Below are positions 38,721 through 43,019 of a stretch of 43,019 bases of DNA, in pieces; positions within the stretch are counted from its first letter, which is position 1; each line of letters begins with the position of its first letter. The translations under genes and the position numbers were made by a program. Below the pieces are notes generated by a model that saw only the letters and a program-made list of their open reading frames with translations, was not told where the DNA came from and did no database searches. Source of the stretch: Methanomicrobiales archaeon (lineage in GTDB: Archaea; Halobacteriota; Syntropharchaeia; Alkanophagales; Methanospirareceae); NCBI GenBank assembly GCA_003160755.1, contig QEXZ01000001.1, forward strand, positions 1 through 43,019. Direction: 5' to 3'.

Positions 38721-38755
38721 ATGATTTAAGGTTAAATAATGAATAACTACAGAAA

Positions 38756-38826
38756 GCGTCGATGGTCTAGAGGTATGACTTGGGCCTTCCAAGCCCACTG
38801 CCCGGGTTCAAATCCCGGTCGACGCA
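38756..38826 (+). tRNA. tRNA-Gly (anticodon UCC)
   Basis: GCGTCGA-TG-GTCT..ATGAC-T-TGGGC-CTTCCAA-GCCCA-CTGC-CCGGG-TTCAAAT-CCCGG-TCGACGC-A. Confidence 0.9.
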
Positions 38827-38828
38827 TA

Positions 38829-38868
38829 AACCTTTTTGCAAGCAAAAAGCTTTACCAAAAAGATCTTA
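38829..38868. repeat. Family-B-related fragment
   Basis: AACCTTTTTGCAAGCAAAAAGCTTTACCAAAAAG shares the CTTTTTGC-NN-GCAAAAAG palindrome and the AAGCTTTACCAAA word with other B copies and with 31512-31538. Confidence 0.55.
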
Positions 38869-38870
38869 GG

Positions 38871-38893
38871 AAATCTGTGTAATCTTGTGGTTT
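38871..38893. repeat. Solo copy of the AACCACAAGATTACACAGA terminal motif
   Basis: AAATCTGTGTAATCTTGTGGTTT. Its reverse complement equals the left end of the 20572 element. It overlaps the aIF6 stop codon by 2 nt. Confidence 0.7.
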
Positions 38894-39602
38894 AAAATCC
38901 AAGCGCATCTTCTATTCTTCCTAACTCCGCGCCGGTTGTATCACTTCCGGCTGCGTATCCTTTCGTGTTAGCGAGCAGCGCAGCACCAATCAGAGGAACG
39001 CCGAAATTAACACTGCCTATCTCCGCGGGCAGCTCGAAAATGTCTTCCAGGGATTCTAATTCCTCCTTAGTGGCATTTCTATGCGCTAAGATGCCTTTAT
39101 TTGTCGCCACTGCTGCCATCCCCACGGTGTTCAATCCACCTATCGTACCCTTATAAACCTTTACGTCAAGTGTTTGCTCTATCAACTCCACGGTCTTCGC
39201 CGATAGTCGCGGGTGAGCCAGCGCAACCGTATCGTTCGCTAATATGACGTTCCCCACTGCGTTTAGCCTATCGCGTTCAGGCAGCCGGGTAATTTTCTCC
39301 CCCGAGCCTTCTGAGCCTACTAAATCCTCTATTTGCTGTAACTCGCTATCCAGTGTGTACGGGGAGAAGATAAACCCATTTGAGTTCCCCACGGCTAAAC
39401 AGCCAATTAAAGACGTTTCCGCTACCGACGTTTTTAGTGCTTTTACCTTCAATGCACGCCCTATTTCCATCGCTAAAATATCTGATATATGCGAGGGCAA
39501 AAGAAGCACCGATTCGGTAGAAATTGCAAAAACACCTACATACGCGCTGCCATCAATACTGAATGTTCTCTTTGTCTCTTTACCGCTCCTTCTTATCGTC
39601 AC
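38892..39602 (-). CDS. eif6: Translation initiation factor aIF-6
   Basis: Pentein-repeat pattern (GSAYVGVFA, NSNGFI, VGNVILAND, VGMAAVATNKGIL, IGAALLANTKG), ~230 aa. Follows rpl31e. Confidence 0.9.
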   Translation of the reverse strand: MTIRRSGKETKRTFSIDGSAYVGVFAISTESVLLLPSHISDILAMEIGRALKVKALKTSVAETSLIGCLAVGNSNGFIFSPYTLDSELQQIEDLVGSEGSGEKITRLPERDRLNAVGNVILANDTVALAHPRLSAKTVELIEQTLDVKVYKGTIGGLNTVGMAAVATNKGILAHRNATKEELESLEDIFELPAEIGSVNFGVPLIGAALLANTKGYAAGSDTTGAELGRIEDALGF

Positions 39603-39630
39603 TTTATTTCTTTTATTGTATTTAAAAAAT

Positions 39631-39900
39631 TTATTCTACCAGCTCAGCCCTGATTACATCCTCTTCTTCCGTTACCTTCACTCTTATTCTAGAAGGGGGG
39701 TTCTGTGAGCCTCGCTCCCACACCTTCTCGTTTATCGCGGAATCTAAAACGACATCCTGGAATTTTGTATGCTGTACTAAATATTCTGTTATTATCGCTA
39801 TTGCGCGGTTACTCCTTTTCCATCTCGGCGCCTTTTTCACATTTCTCAATGGGATGGTATAAATCCGCTCGCCTCCACCTGCTCCTGTCTCTTCTCCCAT
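39631..39900 (-). CDS. rpl31e: 50S ribosomal protein L31e (eL31)
   Basis: ERIYTIPLRNVKKAPRWKRSNRAI....INEKVWERG...PPSRIRVKV. Confidence 0.9.
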   Translation of the reverse strand: MGEETGAGGGERIYTIPLRNVKKAPRWKRSNRAIAIITEYLVQHTKFQDVVLDSAINEKVWERGSQNPPSRIRVKVTEEEDVIRAELVE

Positions 39901-39928
39901 GTAGCTTTTCTCCCTCTTTCCCCTTACT

Positions 39929-40081
39929 TCACGCTTTCAGCTTTGTCCGCCGCCAATGCCTTCTTTTTGGATGTGTAGTCACCCTGCGGCTCGTTTTTAC
40001 CATTATCCATGCGGGAACTCTTCGGTTTTGCTTATTCGCTTTGCATAGCCGTAGTTTCCTGCCTTTTGTTTTCTTTCCCAT
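39929..40081 (-). CDS. rpl39e: 50S ribosomal protein L39e (eL39)
   Basis: Not in the ORF track because it is under 60 aa. Hand translation of the minus strand gives [50 protein letters not shown]. An alternative in-frame ATG lies 6 nt upstream (40087). Canonical L39e-L31e-aIF6 order. Confidence 0.88.
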   Translation of the reverse strand: MGKKTKGRKLRLCKANKQNRRVPAWIMVKTSRRVTTHPKRRHWRRTKLKA

Positions 40082-40227
40082 TGCCATTACCATTACTTGC
40101 TATTATCACTGTCACTGTCAATACATATTAAATTATAACTATATATTATATCAGAGTAACTGGTTTTTTTTTCTATTTAAATAGCTCTCAGATTAGAGAC
40201 TTAAATACTTGTGGTTATGAACGGAAA

Positions 40228-40587
40228 ATGAAATTAGGAGTATCAACGGATTTTAGCGCGGCGCATTCGCTGCCAAGACATCCCGGAAAATGCAAGAATC
40301 TGCATGGGCATACGTATAAAGTAGATGTGGTAGTGGAAGGCGATAAGAAGGAGGATACTGAGTGCGTGGCCGATTTCTCGGAAGTGAAAGCCGTGGTAGA
40401 AGAAGTGATTGAACTCGTAGACCATAAGTTCTTAAATGAGATAATATCATATCCAACGAGCGAGAATATAGCGTTGTTCCTGAAGGAGCAGTTGGAGAAG
40501 AAGTTGAACAATTCAAACCTGGGGGTGTCGCTGTATTCGCTGAGAATATGGGAAGGGAAGGACAAATGGGTGATGGTGGAATCGTAA
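40228..40587 (+). CDS. queD: 6-carboxy-5,6,7,8-tetrahydropterin synthase (PTPS/QueD family)
   Basis: FSAAHSLP...CKNLHGHTYKVDVVVEG, ~120 aa. Confidence 0.85.
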   Translation: MKLGVSTDFSAAHSLPRHPGKCKNLHGHTYKVDVVVEGDKKEDTECVADFSEVKAVVEEVIELVDHKFLNEIISYPTSENIALFLKEQLEKKLNNSNLGVSLYSLRIWEGKDKWVMVES

Positions 40588-40650
40588 TCTGACATATTTA
40601 TTGAGTTTATTCTTTTTTGATTACTGATAACAAAAGTAATAATTAATATT

Positions 40651-41775
40651 ATGACGGAATGGCATGCTGAACCTGCACATCTGTGCCTTTATCCCTTTCT
40701 ATCGGCAGCGTCGAAACGTGTAGAAGAGTCAGAGGTAACGCTGGAGAATTTGATAAGCTCTGCGGTTTTTGAACGTGCGAGGCTGCGAGGCAAGAGCAGG
40801 ATAACGGAAGCGATAAAAGAGGGGACAATCAGGAAACCCGTTATAATCAGCGACGCTCAAGCGGAGATGGAATTGTTATCCTATCCATTTGCTCGTATTC
40901 TCGTGTCGTGCATAGGAGATGAGCGTCTTGTCCGCAGATATGCGCTGTCGGAAGCTAAAGCGGCACACGGAAAACTATTAGAAGAGTCTGATTCCCGCCG
41001 GGGGGGTTCCCGTGCCAGTGCCAGTGCGAGCGCCAATATTATTTACAGGATGTCTGAAGAGTTCGGCATACGAATGGACTTCTTAGCGGGTGAGCACCAG
41101 CAGGTTCAGGTGCCCTTTGTTGATTATCTCCGACTCACTACCAATCTTCGCGACAAAAGATGGAAACTGGTGAACCGTGGGTTGGGAAAAGGGAAGCTAA
41201 AACTACGAAAAGCCGAATTTGTCCGTATTGTCCAGGAAGCGATATATGAACGGATAAAGAAAGACCTGCCGCTGGATGTGCCTGAGGATATATGCAAAGC
41301 GATAAGCAGATACACGGAGGATATTAAGCACGAGCTGGAAGAAATGCGAAAAAAGTTAGGTGCGGCTGGTTATGGTTTTGAGTCGGATTCGGGAGCGATC
41401 GTGAAAGACCCAAGCTGTTTCCCGCCCTGCATATCGTATGTCCTGAGCAACTTAAAAGAAGGCGTAAATGTGCCGCATGGCGCAAGATTCGCGGTTACTG
41501 CCTTTTTGTTGAATATTGGTTTAAGTGAAGAGGAGATAATAGGGATTTACAGGCATTCGCCTGATTTTGACGAGGAGAGAACGCGGTACCAAGTAGAGCA
41601 TATTGCAGGAGATAAGAGCGGCATTCCGTATACTGCGCCCTCGTGTGATACAATGCGCACTTATGGGAACTGTGTTGAAACAGACGAAATTTGTGAGAAA
41701 GTTTCTCATCCTCTAAACTACTATAAATTTAAACTTAAACTGAAGCAGAAGCAGGAGCAGGAGCAGAAAAAATAA
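40651..41775 (+). CDS. priL: DNA primase large subunit PriL
   Basis: C-terminal Fe-S domain CFPPCISYVL..L..G.N.PH..RF....FL..IG...EEII......PDFDE..T.YQV.HI.G.....YT.PSC..M...G.C. Confidence 0.85.
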   Translation: MTEWHAEPAHLCLYPFLSAASKRVEESEVTLENLISSAVFERARLRGKSRITEAIKEGTIRKPVIISDAQAEMELLSYPFARILVSCIGDERLVRRYALSEAKAAHGKLLEESDSRRGGSRASASASANIIYRMSEEFGIRMDFLAGEHQQVQVPFVDYLRLTTNLRDKRWKLVNRGLGKGKLKLRKAEFVRIVQEAIYERIKKDLPLDVPEDICKAISRYTEDIKHELEEMRKKLGAAGYGFESDSGAIVKDPSCFPPCISYVLSNLKEGVNVPHGARFAVTAFLLNIGLSEEEIIGIYRHSPDFDEERTRYQVEHIAGDKSGIPYTAPSCDTMRTYGNCVETDEICEKVSHPLNYYKFKLKLKQKQEQEQKK

Positions 41776-41895
41776 GTTATAGACACAGATTAACGCAGAT
41801 TAACACAGATGATAAGAATCAACACAGTTAAACTAAAATAAATCTGCGTAAATCAGTGTAAATCCGTACGTATCTTAAATAGAAAGAAGTTATAC
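41776..41895 (-). repeat. Family-A interspersed repeat, full copy (reverse orientation)
   Basis: GTTATAGACACAGATTAACGCAGATTAACACAGATGATAAGAATCAACACAGTTAAACTAAAATAAATCTGCGTAAATCAGTGTAAATCCGTACGTATCTTAAATAGAAAGAAGTTATAC. Starts 1 nt after the priL stop and ends 13 nt before the next ATG. Confidence 0.85.
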
Positions 41896-41908
41896 GTTAT
41901 CTAATCTA

Positions 41909-42991
41909 ATGAAAAGAGCAATAGCAAGAGCGATATTTGACGACGTTGGCAGTTACCCGCTACCCGAAGGAAAGACAAAAGAATGGGTAACGGAAACGTT
42001 CGCTAAACTCGCAGTTGAACCTGAACGCGAAATCGAATTCGAGCCCGAACTCGATTCCTACAAAAATCGGCTCTACGAAATAATACGAGATGCAATGTGG
42101 CAGAAACTAAATGCGGGTGTGGACGTTCCGAACTACCCTCAATTTCAGAATATGATTGCTCAATTTATCGTGCCTATCATGGACGATGACAGAACAGAAG
42201 CGCCACTGCTTATAAAAGAAGAAGAAGCGAAGATAGTCGAGATGGATGCCTTAGAGCAGATGGCGATAGCGTACAGGGAAAAGCGAGGAGAAAAACTGAA
42301 GCTCCGAATATGCGTTACCGGTCCGATAGAGCTGTATTATAACCAATTTCCGCCTCCCGTATATATTGACGTGCTGTCAAACCTTGCGAAATCCGTAGGT
42401 AGGTTCGTGAAGCATACGATAGAAGGAGCGAGGAATTATGAAGTGCAATGCGCGACAATAGACGAGCCGAGCATAGGGTTAGACCCTCGAATAGAAGAGG
42501 AGGGCATAATTATCGCACTTGAACTCGCTTCTGAATATGCGTTCCGAAAAGGCGTGGATACGCAAATACACCTTCATTCGCCTATTTTTTACGAGACGGT
42601 ATGCGAAGTGAAGGGGATAAATGTGATAGGACTGGAATCCGCAGCTAATCCGTCCCTTTTATCGCTGATAGACAAGAAACAGCTCGAAGAACACGATAAG
42701 TTCCTCCGTATCGGTGTCTCAAGAACGGACATACTCAGCATGGCTGCAGAATACGATGAAACACACCATACAAATGCATTTAAGGATAAGGGCGTTTTGG
42801 AGCGCGTAGTTAATGAATATAACCGTCCAGAGAAAGTAAAGAAGCGGCTGGAGCAGGCATATTCCGTTTTTGGCGATAGGATAAGGTATGTGGGACCGGA
42901 TTGTGGATTGGGGCCGTTTCCCAGTCAAGAGCTGGCGTATTTGGTTTTGAAAAATACATCTGAGGGGATAACTGATTTTGTATTTGTATAA
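41909..42991 (+). CDS. MetE-like (cobalamin-independent methionine synthase catalytic-domain family) protein
   Basis: ATIDEPSIG (IQIDEPAL-like), IGLESAAN (ETSRS-like) and VGPDCGLG (NPDCGLK-like) by manual alignment to the MetE C-terminal domain. The HxC zinc motif reads HLHSP here. Confidence 0.55.
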   Translation: MKRAIARAIFDDVGSYPLPEGKTKEWVTETFAKLAVEPEREIEFEPELDSYKNRLYEIIRDAMWQKLNAGVDVPNYPQFQNMIAQFIVPIMDDDRTEAPLLIKEEEAKIVEMDALEQMAIAYREKRGEKLKLRICVTGPIELYYNQFPPPVYIDVLSNLAKSVGRFVKHTIEGARNYEVQCATIDEPSIGLDPRIEEEGIIIALELASEYAFRKGVDTQIHLHSPIFYETVCEVKGINVIGLESAANPSLLSLIDKKQLEEHDKFLRIGVSRTDILSMAAEYDETHHTNAFKDKGVLERVVNEYNRPEKVKKRLEQAYSVFGDRIRYVGPDCGLGPFPSQELAYLVLKNTSEGITDFVFV

Positions 42992-43001
42992 GTGATGAAA
43001 A

Positions 43002-43019
43002 AACCACGAGATTTCACAA
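43002..43019. repeat. Partial copy of the AACCACGAGATTTCACA motif at the window edge
   Basis: AACCACGAGATTTCACAA begins 11 nt after the MetE-like stop. It matches the reverse complement of 17772-17790 and is cut off by the window end. Confidence 0.6.

Noticed and set aside
38382-38798. 138-aa minus-strand ORF
   Set aside because: It overlaps tRNA-Leu, a family-B repeat and tRNA-Gly. Its sequence is dictated by those RNA and repeat features, so it is not a credible gene.

Overview
The window is an archaeal chromosomal core segment, densely packed with information-processing genes. This call rests on split RNAP A'/A'' plus B and H, aIF1A/aIF6, eL30/eL31/eL39, PriL, RNase P Rpp21 and archaeal-type ProRS/TyrRS.

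Main gene content:
- The rpoH-rpoB-rpoA1-rpoA2-rpl30e-nusA-rps12-rps7 cluster at 20.9-30.9 kb.
- The conserved aIF1A-Rio1-KH(Dim2) cluster.
- The L39e-L31e-aIF6 cluster. L39e is absent from the ORF track and was found by hand translation.
- Four aminoacyl-tRNA synthetase genes: ileS, proS, tyrS, plus a tRNA m1A methyltransferase (trmI).
- NAD genes (nadA, nadE), riboflavin genes (rbkR/ribK-ribB), ubiX, queD and priL.
- Five tRNA genes: Thr-CGU, Lys-UUU, Ser-GCU, Leu-CAG, Gly-UCC.

I saw no CRISPR array, transposase, integrase or recognisable defence island. The exact lineage cannot be fixed by eye.

What the gene list does not explain:
1. At least three families of short interspersed intergenic repeats (here called A, B, C). 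They occupy almost every sizeable spacer. They show 9-10 bp phased sub-repeats and inverted arms. Family A has a strikingly consistent orientation between a stop codon and the next start codon. They have also remodelled gene ends: a truncated toxin and repeat-encoded C-terminal tails.
2. A duplicated ~75-aa module of unknown fold inserted twice around the second CxxC of the RNAP A' clamp zinc site.
3. A cis-prenyltransferase homolog that keeps the C-terminal RxG end but lacks the catalytic N-terminal motifs.
4. A conserved but uncharacterised GTPase/DUF2073-like/Zn-ribbon trio.
5. A small tRNA-flanked accessory islet holding an intact RelE-type toxin-antitoxin pair and a gene remnant.

All calls come from reading the sequence and translations by eye. 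No database search was run.
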